Assembly: GCA_965223015.1 (NCBI GenBank)
Contig: CBDCVL010000004.1
Coordinates: forward strand, 448,767-512,766
Source: Vicinamibacterales bacterium
GTDB lineage: Bacteria > Acidobacteriota > Vicinamibacteria > Vicinamibacterales > UBA8438
DNA length: 64,000 bases
Direction of reading: 5' to 3'
Positions 1 through 11,967 of the stretch are shown in pieces. Each line of letters starts with the position of its first letter. Positions within the stretch are counted from its first letter, which is position 1. The notes under the pieces are model-generated. The model had not been told where the DNA came from. It saw nothing but the letters and a program-made list of their open reading frames with translations, and ran no database searches. The position numbers and the translations under genes are program-made.

Positions 1-545
1 GTATCGGAACCGGGCGGGGGGGAGATCTGGGTGGTCTCGAAGGTGCCGATGCCCACTGTCAGGCGCTCGCGACTGCCGAGTACGCCGGTGACCACACGTG
101 GCGTGCCTACCTCAGTACGGCGGCGACTGCCGACGGACCGGCGGCAAACGCTCGAGATCGGATCGGAACCGGCCCTTGGTACAACGCCGAAGGTCTACTC
201 GTCGCCTCAGATGTCGAAGCGTTGCATGGTGAAGACACTCGGATAGAGAAGACGACCGCGACTACCGAACGTCTGGACCAGGTGAATGGGGTCGGTGACG
301 TGCCCAATCGACATGACATCCTGACCGGTTCGCGAGCCGACGGCACGGCGTTTGAGGACGAAGATCTCACCTGCAGCAACTGGACGTCCAGTGACGCCGG
401 GCAGGCGCAAGTCGGCCATCACGATCGAGTGGGACCAGACGGTCCAAGCTCCTGGAATTCGGCTCATCCGTCGAGCGGCTGTAGCCAAGAGGCGCTCGAA
501 AGCACCGGTGGGGCTGGCTTCTTCTACTGTTTCGCTATTGACTGA
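1..545 (+). CDS. Endostatin/C-type-lectin-like domain protein, 5' end outside the window
   Basis: Frame 3 is open from the window start: GDLGGLEGADAHCQALA...WRAYLST...ARDRIGTGPWYNA...HDILTGS...GFFYCFA. The ORF track shows only the part from 222. Confidence 0.7.
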   Translation, partial: IGTGRGGDLGGLEGADAHCQALATAEYAGDHTWRAYLSTAATADGPAANARDRIGTGPWYNAEGLLVASDVEALHGEDTRIEKTTATTERLDQVNGVGDVPNRHDILTGSRADGTAFEDEDLTCSNWTSSDAGQAQVGHHDRVGPDGPSSWNSAHPSSGCSQEALESTGGAGFFYCFAID

Positions 546-583
546 GCGTGGTCTGTCCTGGGACGAACGGCACCCTCATGGCA

Positions 584-1018
584 CTATGAGCCGGTCGAGC
601 CGAATCCCCCGATCCCTCGCTCGGTGTCCGTGAGTACATCCACCTCGATGATATCGATCGCGAGCCGTGGCTGGACGACGAGCTGGGCGATCCGCATGCC
701 TCGCTCAACTCGGAACGCTTCGTGTCCGTGATTGATCAGCACGACGCCGACCTCGCCGCGGTACCCTTCGTCGATTGTGCCGGGCGCATTCAGAACGGTC
801 ACGGCGTGCCTGAGCGCGAGCCCGCTCCGCGGGCGCACCTGGGCCTCAGTCCCCGGTGGGAGCTCGACGGCGATGGCGGTTGAGATCGAGGCAGCCTGCC
901 CAGGTTCGATCACGGTGTCGACCGCTGCGTGGAGGTCCAGACCTGCGTCGTTCGGATGGGCATAGCTGGGAAGAACGGCTGTTTCTGCTAGGCGTTTCAC
1001 TCTGAGCTGTGTCCCCAC
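584..1018 (-). CDS. dut: dUTP diphosphatase
   Basis: Motifs AGLDL, RPRSGLA, GTIDEGYRGE and RGIGGFGSTG; GGAGG upstream of the GTG start. Confidence 0.95.
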   Translation of the reverse strand: MGTQLRVKRLAETAVLPSYAHPNDAGLDLHAAVDTVIEPGQAASISTAIAVELPPGTEAQVRPRSGLALRHAVTVLNAPGTIDEGYRGEVGVVLINHGHEAFRVERGMRIAQLVVQPRLAIDIIEVDVLTDTERGIGGFGSTGS

Positions 1019-1482
1019 ATACCCTCCCGATTCGCTCTACTGTACCCTGCCAATCGCGATCGCACGGGGAGACGGAAGAGTCCCATCGCCGTCGCGGAGC
1101 GGCCCGGACGCGCAAGTCCGACAAATTGAGGGTTCGGTTGCTGCTATTGTAGACAGCTCGATCAAGAAGAATCCGGTCATATCCGGGCCAGCACGAGTCG
1201 CGTACGAAAGCCGACGTAATGGCGGAGTGGGACGAGATCACAGACCTCAGCGCAGAGGCGGAAAGGGCGATGTCCGCCAAGGACTTCGAGGCCGCAGAGC
1301 GAGCCCTGCGTAAAGCACTGAGGCTTCAGGAGGCCCAAATGGGTCTGGTCCACCCTGATGTTGCGAACACACTCAACTCGCTTGGCGTTGTCTGCAACAT
1401 CTTGGGCAGGCCGGACGAGGCGGAGTTCCTCTATCGGCGCGCAGTGGGCATCGCGAGGAAGGAGTTTACGGACGACCATCCC

Positions 1483-2912
1483 GAGTCAAGCCCATTCCTA
1501 GTTGAAACTCTCCGCGACTCCTGATTGCTTACGCGGCTTTCGTCTTCGATGTCGTCGTGTCGATCTTCAGCTCTCGCTTCAATGCGTCACGAAGCCTGGG
1601 CAGGTGCCGGTAGCCCATCACCTTGCGTAGACGCGGCTCGATGTCCAGGAGCGCCGTGGCGAGCCAGCGCTGGCGTTGACTTGAGTTCTGCCAGTGATCG
1701 ACCTTCGCACAGCGCTCCTCAATGAGCGCGTTGATGGACTCGAGGCCGTTCGTCGTCTTCAGCGACCGGCCCAGCACGCCATACACGCCGAGGCGATGCA
1801 ACGTCAGGGTCTCGTCCAGGCCTTCCGCCAGACTGCCGGCCGCCGATTGGTTCCGATCCTCCAGCTCATGCTGGAGCGACTGGAGGGCGGCGAGGGCCTC
1901 GTCGTACTCCGGACGGTTGTCGGCGCGCTGGAGACGCTGCCGCCACACCGGCTGCTCACGCTTGGCCACGTCACTCACCACGTTCTCGCGCTTGTGCCAT
2001 TGACACCGTTGCACCAGGGCGCGGTGGCGGAAGGCGTGCCGCACGGCCGCCCGGAGCCCCTTGCCGCCATCTACGATCACCAGAAGCCCCTGGGAAACAT
2101 CGAGGCCCCGCTCGACCAGGGACCGGAGGAACGGTGTCAACACCTGCTCGTTCTCGGTGTCCGTCTCGACAAAGCCCAGGAAGCGTTTGTCCCCCGTCAT
2201 CGTGATGCCCAGCGCGACGACCATCGTCGCCTCGGCGAACGTCTTGCCGTCCAGCACGAGGGCCACAACGTCCTCCCCGGAGAGGTCCCGCTCCTGGAGT
2301 TCGCGGAGTTTCGTCGCGCTGGCCTGAATGAACGCGCGGGACACCGTCGACCCCGACAGGCCGATCGCCCCGGGAATCGCCTCGGCGGCCGCCGCGTAGT
2401 TGCGGCACGAGATCCCATACAGCACGCGCCTCAACAACAGGTCATTGACGGCGCGATCGCCATGCAGCGCCTCGTACGACCGCAGTGGAATCTCGCGCTC
2501 CGTGACATGGCGAATCCGGGGCACGCGAATCGGCACGCGCTGGCCGGCCAACCCAACCGTCCCGGGGTTGCTCCCATGACGGCGCCCGCCGACTGACGGG
2601 TCTTTGCGGGCGTAGCGTTCGCCAGCCAGCGCGGTCACTTCCTCGTCGAGCAATTCCTCGATGTGCATCAACCCCAGCGGAATCAAGGACCGGATCAATT
2701 CCACCTTGGCATCGACCTCCAGCTCCGCGTACCCCTCTCGGTCGATGACGTCGACCGCGCCCAACGTGCGACCTTTCTTGCGCTTCCTGACCGATCGTAG
2801 GACACTGCTCATCTCGGCTCCTTTCTCTCGTGGCGTGATGTTCGTCTCGCAACGTCATCAAACCACAGGGTTTGGAGCCGCTTCAATTTCCAACTAAGTT
2901 TCGCTCACACTC
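1483..2912 (-). mobile_element. IS256-family element (a), transposase 1529-2812
   Basis: Mutator-type DDE motifs (LDGK, IVDGGKG, QRCQWHK, TTN); imperfect IRs GAGT..TAGTTG.AA; TSD ACCATCCC at 1475-1482 and 2913-2920. Confidence 0.93.
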
Positions 2913-3229
2913 ACCATCCCTATATCGCCACGAGCCTCCGAAACCTTTCAGAACTGTACCGGACCCAGGGCAAGCCCGAGAAGCTCGCCAAGTTGTCCGA
3001 TCGGTTGGCTCCGAGATCTGGCCTACCCACAGTTGACTCGGCACACATGGCCGAGAGCTCCGGCCCACCGGCTGCCGTCGAGGAGAGCGTCGGACCGGCC
3101 GGCGCGCCGCGCGCACCGTCGGACGCTCTCGACTCCGATCGTGACTTCGAGCGCGGCCCCGTGCCACCGCCTGGGCGGCACGCGTGGTCCGTGCGGCAGG
3201 TCGCCCTGTTGGCGGGGACCGCCGTCGTC

Positions 3230-4675
3230 GAGAGTGTCCCACCGGTAGTAGAAAGTCAGCGGCAACGGTGAACACAAGTTATCCGACCTTCTGCATCTCT
3301 GCAATGTTGTCGTCGTCGCGATCCAGGTGTGCCTTCAGCATCCAGAGATGCTCGTAACCTGTGATGCGTCGGTAGTTCTTCTCCGTCTCCACGAAGGCCA
3401 CGGCCGACCAGCGCAGCGCCATCTCTCCGTTCTTCCAGTTGGTGACGCGACGTGTGCGCTGCCGGATTCCCGAGTGCGTCGAATCGATGATGTTCGTCGT
3501 CGTGAGGCACGTGCGCAGTGATGCGGGCAGGCCGAGCCGATTCACGGTGAAGATCTCATCGAGGCCTTCTCGAACGCTCGCTGCTGCATCGGGCCAGTCG
3601 CGTTGGAGCCACGAGGCGTACTGGTCAAGCTTGCGCAGGCCCTCCTTAGCCTCGAGCTTCCAGGCGGCGCGCAGGGTGGCCCGTGCCTGGTCGTGCTGCG
3701 CGTTCGGCAGGTGGCCGACGACATTCCGCAGCTTGTGGTTGCGACAGCGCTGTACCTCGTTGCCGGCGCCGAACACCTGGGCGATCGCGCTGCGTAGCGC
3801 CTTCGCTCCATCGACGACGAACAGCCGACGTCGGTCGGGGCGGATCCCGCGAGCGACGAGATCCTCGAGCAGGGCGGTCGTCACGGTCGCGTTCTCAGAG
3901 GCACCGCTGCGCACGCCGAGCACGTACTTCTTCCCGTCTTCGTCGACCCCCACGGCCGCCAGAACATGGTGGTTCCCGAACTGGATCCCGTCGAGGTAGA
4001 TAATCAACACGTCGACCTTGCTGAAGTCTCGCTCAGCCAAGTCCTGGAGGACTCGCGTCCCGGCCTCGATGGTCTCACGGGAGACCTCCGACTTGCCGAT
4101 GCCGACCTGCTCGGCCATCGCCGGCAGGACCGTCTCGTAGCGCCGGGTCGAGACGCCGTTCAGCATGATCGCCAACATGCGGTCGGCAAGGCGCTGATCG
4201 CGCTGCATCGCGTCGTACGCCGGGATCGCGACCTCGCCGCGCTCCCCCTGCCGCGCCGTCTTCTTGCGCAGACGCGGCTTTTCCACGCGCAGCTGACGTT
4301 CGCTCAACGTGACGCGCCCCGGCTGGCTGCCGTGCCAGTACAGCGCCCGATCGTCGGCGCGGCGGCCCTGCCGCTTGGGCCCGGCGAGCCGCTCAGCGCT
4401 CATCCGAAGGACCGCCTCGACGGTCGCCCGACCCATGACGTCGATCACCTCGTCGATGGCCTTCTCGCCCCGCTCCAAGAGCTCGACGAGCGGCAGCAGG
4501 AGCTGACCGTCCTTCGAGAGAAACTCCGCGAGCTCGCGGCTGCTGAGCGTGGACGGCTTCGTGACAACCTGGTACGTTCTCTTCATCGGTGGTTCTCCTT
4601 TCCGACAAGCACCCGATCGACCTTACGATCGGGCAGGAGTTACCACCGACCTTCCACTACGCCTGGGTCATCCTC
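3230..4675 (-). mobile_element. IS256-family element (b), transposase 3279-4586
   Basis: Motifs YLDG, VVDGAKAL, QRCRNHK, TTN; 28-bp imperfect IRs; TSD CCGTCGTC at 3222-3229 and 4676-4683. Confidence 0.93.
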
Positions 4676-5453
4676 CCGTCGTCCTCTTCTCGATCGTGTG
4701 GGTGCTCACTGTCGGAAGCCGCACGTCCGATGTCGGTGGCGACCGCCAGGGAGTGCCCGGAGGAGCTTCTCAAGCATCGGCAGACCACCGGAGCCGCTCC
4801 TCAGCAGCCGCCCCCGAGGCTGACGTGGCCGGTGGCATTCGACGCGACGAGGGACGCATCGCCCCGCCCGCCGCAGCTCCGACCCAGGTCGCGGTGTCGC
4901 CCGACACGGCGTCGGTTGGACAACCGATCTCCGCGTTGGACGACGGTGGGGATTCCTCGAGTTGGACTGTGGCCGAGGCGAGACTCTGTAGCCAACTGGA
5001 AACACGAGGAGCTGACGGTGTCTCGCTGGGCGAATGGCGATGCACATCTGTCGTCGAACGGGCGGCGCCGGGAGAGTTGTTCTTCTATACGCGTATACGG
5101 TCGCGGACCAGCGCCGTCGTCGTGCACCGGTGGTTCAGGAACGGCTCGCTCGCACAACAGGTCGAGCTCGAGGTTGACACCAATGACGGACCCGGATATC
5201 GAACCTATAGCCTGCGTACGATTGCGAGTCAGGAAAGTGGAGCATGGCGGGTCGAGGCTCTCTCGGCGGACGGGGCGCTGCTCTACGCTGAAGAGTTCGA
5301 GGTGCGCTGAGATGGAGGTCGGCCGATTCTTCCCGAGGGTGCCGCACCCCTGTGGCCGAGTCAGCGAAGCCGATCGTCCGTCATGCACTCATTGCACAGC
5401 CCACCGATTGACCAGCGGTCTGTTGACCTGCCGACGAGCGGTCTTGTTCGGGA

Positions 5454-6371
5454 TCACGGCTCCAATTGGCGGTTGGCGAACAGGCTCACGGACACGGCTG
5501 GGCGAGTGACGCCGGCCTGTAGCTGGTCAGGGGCGCTGTCGCAGTCGAAGACGACCCGGTAGCGATTCTTGACCTGCTCGAAATGTTCGCCGATCTCAGT
5601 TGCAAGCCTGCTGAGGACGTCTGAGAGGGCCGTCGCGGCAGTAAGACCCTCGTAGCTGCCTCCCGTCGCGTCCGTCAAGAAAAGAGACACGCTGTTTTGC
5701 AGGGCACCACCCCGGTTCATGACAAGAACCACGTTTACTGTCGCAGAGCGCATGCGCAACTCGTTCATGAACTCGTTGATCTCCCTCTCCTGGACGTTAT
5801 TGCTGCCCTCGGGACCATCGTGTGACACCATGACGAACATCGGCCATGAATCTTCGTCCGAGAAACGGCGATTCCAAGTCTCGAGGAGGCCATCCATGAA
5901 CATCGCGGCGGTGTTGCGCTGGATGAATATGCCGGTCGCTCTGTCCGTCAACTCCTCCCGGTCGGTGGTGAAATCGACGAGGCGTCGCACCTGTCCGCCG
6001 ATCGAGAACAACCCGATCTCGTGTGATGCCGGGATCGATTCGATAAAACCGCGGAGTCCATCACGGAGGGCGTTCAGCGAATTGCTGGCGCCGTCGCTGT
6101 TGTCGACAAGCAACGCGATCTTGATCGCCTGCGTGCCCGGCTGTACGCGTGTCACACTGCAGTCGGCGCCGGTGTTCTTTACGAAGACTTCGTCCGCGCG
6201 AATGTCGACGACAGGTGTGCCGTCCGGGTTCGTTGCCGCGAGGAAGAGCTGGTACTCGTCTGCACGTACGGCGTTGGGTACCGCCAGGGACACACCAAGG
6301 AGAGAGGCGAGAACCAGCACTTTCCGACTCGTTCGAGAACTGCGTCTTCGACTCCAGATGACGAAAGGCAT
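5454..6371 (-). CDS. Secreted VWA-domain protein (acidobacterial VWFA-related type)
   Basis: Signal peptide; IALLVDNS MIDAS-like motif; ATGG near the C-terminus; GGAGA before ATG 6371. Confidence 0.7.
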   Translation of the reverse strand: MPFVIWSRRRSSRTSRKVLVLASLLGVSLAVPNAVRADEYQLFLAATNPDGTPVVDIRADEVFVKNTGADCSVTRVQPGTQAIKIALLVDNSDGASNSLNALRDGLRGFIESIPASHEIGLFSIGGQVRRLVDFTTDREELTDRATGIFIQRNTAAMFMDGLLETWNRRFSDEDSWPMFVMVSHDGPEGSNNVQEREINEFMNELRMRSATVNVVLVMNRGGALQNSVSLFLTDATGGSYEGLTAATALSDVLSRLATEIGEHFEQVKNRYRVVFDCDSAPDQLQAGVTRPAVSVSLFANRQLEP

Positions 6372-6640
6372 CGATTCTCCCCTTTGCTTTGGCTGGATAC
6401 GAGCTGTCACGGTATGAGTGCAGTCTGGCACAAGTGTTCGTCTCGCTCAACAATTGGTCAAGAGGCGTCGACGTGTGTACGTGCCGCCGAGCCGGCTACG
6501 TGGTGGTTTTTCTTAGGACCGATCATCCGGCAGCTGTTGCCTGGGCCACAACGTGACGCTGCCCCATATCATGTATCATTGCCGGCGCCCGCAGGACACC
6601 CCGAATGGCTAGGCGGTGGTGCGTGCTGGCTCCATTGGAT

Positions 6641-8846
6641 ATGCGCGACTTTACGGAGTGGTTCGGATGGCGGACGCGGGTCATGCTTGCTGCCGCGCTG
6701 GTGGCGGGGACGGTCATGAACCCCACGCCGTCACGCGCGCAGGCGCTCCCCTCGGCCCCGACAGGGGCTGCCTCCTCGCAGGATGCGCAGTCGCCTGACG
6801 AGGAGGCGGCACTTCGCTTTCGCACCCCGATGATCACGGTCACCGCCCAGAGGACGGAGGAGGATCGGCAGGAGGTCCCGGTGAGCGTCACCGCCGTGTC
6901 CGGGGAGGCCATCGAGCGTGCCGGGTTTCGCCGCGTCAGCGACGTGGTGCTCCATGCCCCCAACGTCTTCTACACGGAGTTCACGGCGAGGAAGCTGAGC
7001 ACTGCCCGTGTCCGCGGCGTCGGCTCGAGCCCGAACAATCCCGGCGTCACGACGTACATCGACGGTGTTCCGCAGCTCAACGAGTCGTCTGCAAGTCTCG
7101 AGTTGCTTGACGTCGGTCAGATCGAGTTCGTGCGCGGACCTCAAGGCGCGTTATTCGGCCGAAACACACTCGGCGGCCTGGTGAATGTCACCACAGCGCG
7201 ACCGTCCCTGGACAGCTGGACAGGCACGCTGTCGGCGCCCTTTGGCAACTATGGCGCCTGGGCGGTGCGGGGCGGGGCCTCCGGCCCCGTGGTGCCCGAT
7301 AGACTGAGCCTCGGCGTGTCGTTCGCGGAGGTGAATCGGGACGGGTTCACCGTGAACGACGTCACGGTCCGGGACATCGATAGCCGGTCGGCGTTTTCCT
7401 CTAAGGCTCAGCTACTGTGGACGCCATCCTCGACGTGGGAGACGCGGTTCATCGTGACGAGCGAGCGGTCCAGAGACGGCGACTTCGCGCTCCACGACGT
7501 CGGGGCGCTACGCGCCATGCAATTTCACGCGTCGCGCGACTTCGAAGGGGGCACCGACCGCGATGTGCTTGCTGGGCACGACCATCCAGGTGCGGCACCG
7601 TGGCGACTCCTTTGAGTTTGCCAGCACGACGGGGATCGTCGACTGGACGACGCGAGACCGAACGGATCTCGACTACACCCCCCTGCCGCTGGTGACGCGC
7701 GACAACACCGAGACCGCGGTACAGTTCACCCAGGAGGTGCACCTCGCTTCGACTGACGCCGCAGCCATCCGGCTGAGCGACCAAGTCCGCCTGGGGTGGC
7801 AGACTGGTATCTTCTTCTTCACGCAGGGTTACGAACAAGACGCCATCAACGCCTTCGCGCCGCAGCTGGTCGCGCCGTTCGCTGTGGCGCAGCACGCGCC
7901 GCGTTCCACCCTCGACGATGTGGGCGTGGGGATCTTCGGGCAGGGCACCGTGACGATCCGTGACCGCCTTGATCTGTCGGCCGGCGCGCGAGTGGACTAT
8001 GAGGACAAGCAGGCAACGCTCGAAACCTTCTTCGACCCGATGGTCGCACCGCTTTCGCGGGTCGAGGGCGAGGAGTCCTTCGCGAACGTCTCGCCGCAGG
8101 CTTCGTTGGCGTATCGTGTGCGGCCAGATCAGACTCTGTACGGCTCGGTGGGTCGCGGCTACAAGGCCGGCGGGTTCAACGCCGCTTCGCCCCCGGGGAG
8201 CGAGGCGTACGGCGAAGAACGCACGTGGCACGTCGAGGGAGGCGCGAAGTCACTCTGGGCGGGCGGTCGCGTGTCGACAAATGCGGCGGTGTTCTACATC
8301 GACTGGCAGGACCTGCAACTGAACGTTCCCCATCCTGCGGTGCCGGCGCAGTTCTTCATCGCCAACGTCGGCGACGCGGTCAGCAAGGGCGTCGAGCTGG
8401 AAATTAATGCCAGGCCGGCCGAGGGCATCGATTTGTTCTCGGCGGTGGGATACACCCACGCGCGGTTCTCACAAGGGAGCGTCTCGAGCGGTGTGAGCGT
8501 GGGTGGCAACACCATTCCGAACACGCCGGAGTACACCGCCAGTGCCGGCATGCAGTACGCGCGGCCGGTCGGCCCGACCACTATCCACGGGCGCGCGGAT
8601 GTCGTGTTCTATGGCGCGTTCCAGTACGACGATGCCAACACGATGGCCCAGGACGCGTACTCGCTCGTCAACCTCCGCCTGGGCGTCACGGGACGATTCT
8701 TCGTCGCCGAGGTGTTCGTGCGCAACGCCTTCGACACTCGATACATTCCCGTCGCGTTCCCGTTTCCGATTTTCGCCCCATCCGGTTTCATTGGAGAAAT
8801 GGGCGCGCCGCGGACCGTGGGGGTCAGCGGTACAGTCCGCTTCTAG
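6641..8846 (+). pseudogene. TonB-dependent receptor with a frameshift near 7565-7575
   Basis: ORF 6605-7615 has ITVTAQR and IEFVRGPQGALFGRNTLGG (plug). ORF 7563-8846, in the +1 frame, is the barrel ending in VRF. The start codon is uncertain, and a sequencing error cannot be excluded. Confidence 0.85.
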
Positions 8847-8873
8847 GTCCCCCGCTCCGCTCGCCTCGGCGTA

Positions 8874-9473
8874 TCACTGCCGATGCTCATCCAGGTAGCT
8901 ACGAGACGCCGTCGCGCCCATGAGCGGCACGACCTTGTCCGGGTCGACGCGTACCATCAGATACGTGATGTGGTCGTCGATCTTCGTGAACTGATGGCCG
9001 GTGCCGGCAGGGATGACCAGCACGTCACCCGCCTTCAACTCGCGGACTTCGGAGTCATGGATCTCCGCGGCGTTTCGGCCAGGGCCGTTCAGAAACTGTA
9101 CCGCCCTGTTGTCTGGTGGGCGGCGACGCGCGTCCACTAGGTCGGGCCCCGTCCTATTGGTTCCGGAGCCGCTCAGAACGTAGTAGACCTCGGTCACCAA
9201 GTCGTGCACGGCCACGGAGTTGGGCCGCGGCTCTTCCAGGGCGCCTCGGTGAGCAACGGCGATCTGCACCTGCGCGTGTCCGATGTCAATCGAGCGCACC
9301 TGCTGGTCGGTCACCCCCTCGGCGCGCCCCACGGCTACGTACGAGTCGATCTCCTCGACTCCGACATAGTCTGCCGGGCACATGGAGCACGATGGCTCGA
9401 CGTCTTGTGCTGAAAGGCGACCGAGCACGAACGAAAGTGTGATGACAAAGACGCTGATCAGAAGCTGTCGCAT
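8874..9473 (-). CDS. Secreted cupin-domain protein
   Basis: Signal peptide; H..VTEVYYVLSG and GDVLVIPAGTGH cupin motifs. Confidence 0.8.
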   Translation of the reverse strand: MRQLLISVFVITLSFVLGRLSAQDVEPSCSMCPADYVGVEEIDSYVAVGRAEGVTDQQVRSIDIGHAQVQIAVAHRGALEEPRPNSVAVHDLVTEVYYVLSGSGTNRTGPDLVDARRRPPDNRAVQFLNGPGRNAAEIHDSEVRELKAGDVLVIPAGTGHQFTKIDDHITYLMVRVDPDKVVPLMGATASRSYLDEHRQ

Positions 9474-9569
9474 GATGTCTCCTCGTGTACGAAAGGCGGA
9501 TTACCGGTCTTGGACTTTCGTCGGACCAAGCTGGTACGTGGAGAGCCGGAACCGGCCTGAGTCGCCTGT

Positions 9570-10574
9570 CTAGTTGGATCCCTCTTCGATCGCGCGGGCG
9601 CCGCTGAGCGTGCTTCCCATACCGTAGTTCCCTTCGTGGCAGGCGTACTCGAAGACTGGTAAATCGTTCCGGCGCATCGGGAGCTCCACCGTCCAGGGCC
9701 GTTCCCACGTCGTCGGGTCCGTGACAGTGAAGCTGTAGAGCAGCATGTCATCGCTCGTCCGTTGAAACCGCTCGACGAGGTGGAGATTCTCGCTCGAGTT
9801 CCGAAAGCTGGTCTCTCGCAAGAAGTTGGTGGTTTCCACCACCAGGGCGTCTCCTTCCCAACGTCCCCGCGACGTGCCAATCCATTGCGGTACGCTGCCA
9901 TGGCTACTGCCATCGAGCGGGATGATTCTCGCGTTGTGTACCATCTCGTTCAGCAGCACGACGTAGTCAGCGGTCTGGAAGATCTGGACGTTCATGTTAT
10001 AGGCCGCCGGAAGCATCGGCGGTCCCGAGTTGAAGCCCATGATGCATCGCTCTCCGAGCGGGCGATCTTCCGGTCCTTCGGCGGGACGTTGGCTGAACCT
10101 GAGTCGTTCAGCCGCTCGTTCGATGGCGGCATCGGTAAGGGACGGGATCCGTCCGTCAGGCGGGTCGATAACGAGGGACGTGCGACGAGTTTCGACAACG
10201 ACTGTCCCGCGGTCCCACCAGAAGTCGTTGTACGCGAATCGGAGATCTTCGCTCTCGCGAGTGCCATTCACCACCGCGCGAGCCGTCGTCCTGATCTTTT
10301 TTTCTTCTCGGTCCAGGTCCGCGCTGTTGGCCCGCACCCGCTCCGCCGCGTAGGCGGCGACCTCTTCCTCGGTAAGGAACTCCTTATCCGCGAACTCTTC
10401 GGGACGCTCGAGTGGCGTGACCGTTCGGAAATCCCATACGCCGATCAAGTTAGGGTGGCCATCCGATGTGCGTGACGATATCGATCTGCCGCTCGACTGG
10501 GTGGCAGCTGGGGTCGACAGAAGCAGTATCAATACCGCACTGACGGCAACACACACGAGCGCTCGGATTGTCAT
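9570..10574 (-). CDS. Conserved secreted hypothetical protein
   Basis: Signal peptide; DGHPNLIGVW...TPLERP...LGERC...FEYACHEGN pattern, a common family of unknown function. Start uncertain (the ORF is open to 10616). Confidence 0.75.
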   Translation of the reverse strand: MTIRALVCVAVSAVLILLLSTPAATQSSGRSISSRTSDGHPNLIGVWDFRTVTPLERPEEFADKEFLTEEEVAAYAAERVRANSADLDREEKKIRTTARAVVNGTRESEDLRFAYNDFWWDRGTVVVETRRTSLVIDPPDGRIPSLTDAAIERAAERLRFSQRPAEGPEDRPLGERCIMGFNSGPPMLPAAYNMNVQIFQTADYVVLLNEMVHNARIIPLDGSSHGSVPQWIGTSRGRWEGDALVVETTNFLRETSFRNSSENLHLVERFQRTSDDMLLYSFTVTDPTTWERPWTVELPMRRNDLPVFEYACHEGNYGMGSTLSGARAIEEGSN

Positions 10575-11060
10575 AGTCTGCACCTCGTCATCATCATTGC
10601 CCATCCTAGACGTCAACAGTACTGTTGTGTTGGTACCTACGCGACCTCACGTCTTCGGCCACGGCGAAACCACGCGGCGACGGCGCGATCCCTTGTCTCG
10701 GGAATGTTAAGACCTGGGGGCGAGAAATTCCAGCGGCTGGCGCCGTAGCTCTCCAGGCGCTCGTCCGGGTACAGCAGCCGGCGTGAGCGGAGGCGGGGCC
10801 AGGATCATCGCGAGCGGGTGGTGGATCGCATTGTCGATGACGATGCATGGCATGGGCGGCATTCGGATTGGTTGGTGGAGGAGTGATACCTTTGGTGGAG
10901 GATGGGGTCGGCTTCGGTCCAATCAGCCTGGCTCCCAAAGTCTAGGCGCATCCACGCCACGAGAGAGGTCGAGATGCTAGAGTGCTGGGCCACCGTGGGC
11001 TTCCGGTGCGTGGGTGCGTCCGGCAGCCCACGGGCGGCCCCATATTGCGGCTGACAGGAC

Positions 11061-11753
11061 TCACTCGGTGCGGCGAATGGTTACGCGGGCCACCGGATTC
11101 TTCCAATCGCGCCGCGTGGCGTCAAAGTCGCCAGTGCCCATCATTCCTCGATGTACGACGATCCCACCTTCTCCGCCTCCAACCGTCTCGCCGCCACCAG
11201 GACCGCCGCATTCTGAAAACGATGGGCCTGGTATGGACGCACACAATTCGTCGTTCCGTTCGGTGCCCGCGTCGTACGCGTAGGCGTAGACGACCATCGG
11301 TTCGGGGAAGGTGGCGGGCAGGGCCACGTTGATGCCCATGAATCCGTCATTCGTGGGAATAAGCATCGCAGCCAGGCTCAGCCGGTCGCCTGGGTCGGCG
11401 GTAATCTCGAGCCTGGTAGTACGCCCACGCAGGAGGAGTCCGGCGGTCGCCTTGATGTCTCGGACACCGGCGGTGCCCGAGAGCAACATCGTCAGAGGAG
11501 CGACATCGCCGCCTTCCGCCAAGGCTCGCAGCTCTGGGGAGGCTTTGGTGCCTTCAAGGAACATCCTGACGATCGAAGAATGTGTTGCTGCGAGGATGGG
11601 CGTAAAACTCTGTGCATGGGTGAGATTCGTGATAGCGACGCTATAGCTGAGCCCCCCTGCGGCTCGGACAGGTGGTTGGACGTGGGATTGTGTGGCGATG
11701 AGTCCGATGCTCAGGAGTGCGATTGCGACTACGTGTTTCATGGTTGCCTCCAT
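11061..11753 (-). CDS. Spondin_N-domain secreted protein
   Basis: ITNLT...FTPILAATH, LAEGGD, MLIPTNDGF and YDAGTERNDE motifs; signal peptide. Confidence 0.85.
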   Translation of the reverse strand: MEATMKHVVAIALLSIGLIATQSHVQPPVRAAGGLSYSVAITNLTHAQSFTPILAATHSSIVRMFLEGTKASPELRALAEGGDVAPLTMLLSGTAGVRDIKATAGLLLRGRTTRLEITADPGDRLSLAAMLIPTNDGFMGINVALPATFPEPMVVYAYAYDAGTERNDELCASIPGPSFSECGGPGGGETVGGGEGGIVVHRGMMGTGDFDATRRDWKNPVARVTIRRTE

Positions 11754-11967
11754 CTGCGCCCGCGGAGCTACCAGGAGTATTCCTGGGTGGCTCGATGATC
11801 ATGCAGCCTTGGACGCTGCGTGCTGGGACGGCCAACCGCCCCTCCAGTTAGACAGGTCGTATGAACTGGCCAAACCCCCCTCTGGTTCCTAGTACGCCCG
11901 AAACGATTCCTCGATCTGCGTCACCGTTGTGGGCGGCAGTTTCCGTCTGTGTGATAAGGATCTACGG

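Larger units (their letters stand above)
1219..5310 (+). pseudogene. TPR + transmembrane + DUF2914-like protein split by two IS256 elements (segments 1219-1482, 2921-3229, 4684-5310)
   Basis: Removing both IS and one copy of each 8-bp TSD restores a single 399-aa frame: HPDVANTLNSLG...DHP|YIATSLRNLSELY...LLAGTAVV|LFSIVWVL...YRTYS...GAWRVE. Confidence 0.85.

Noticed and set aside
10617-11060. Small ORFs or a riboswitch in this gap
   Set aside because: No convincing coding signal or known RNA motif was seen.
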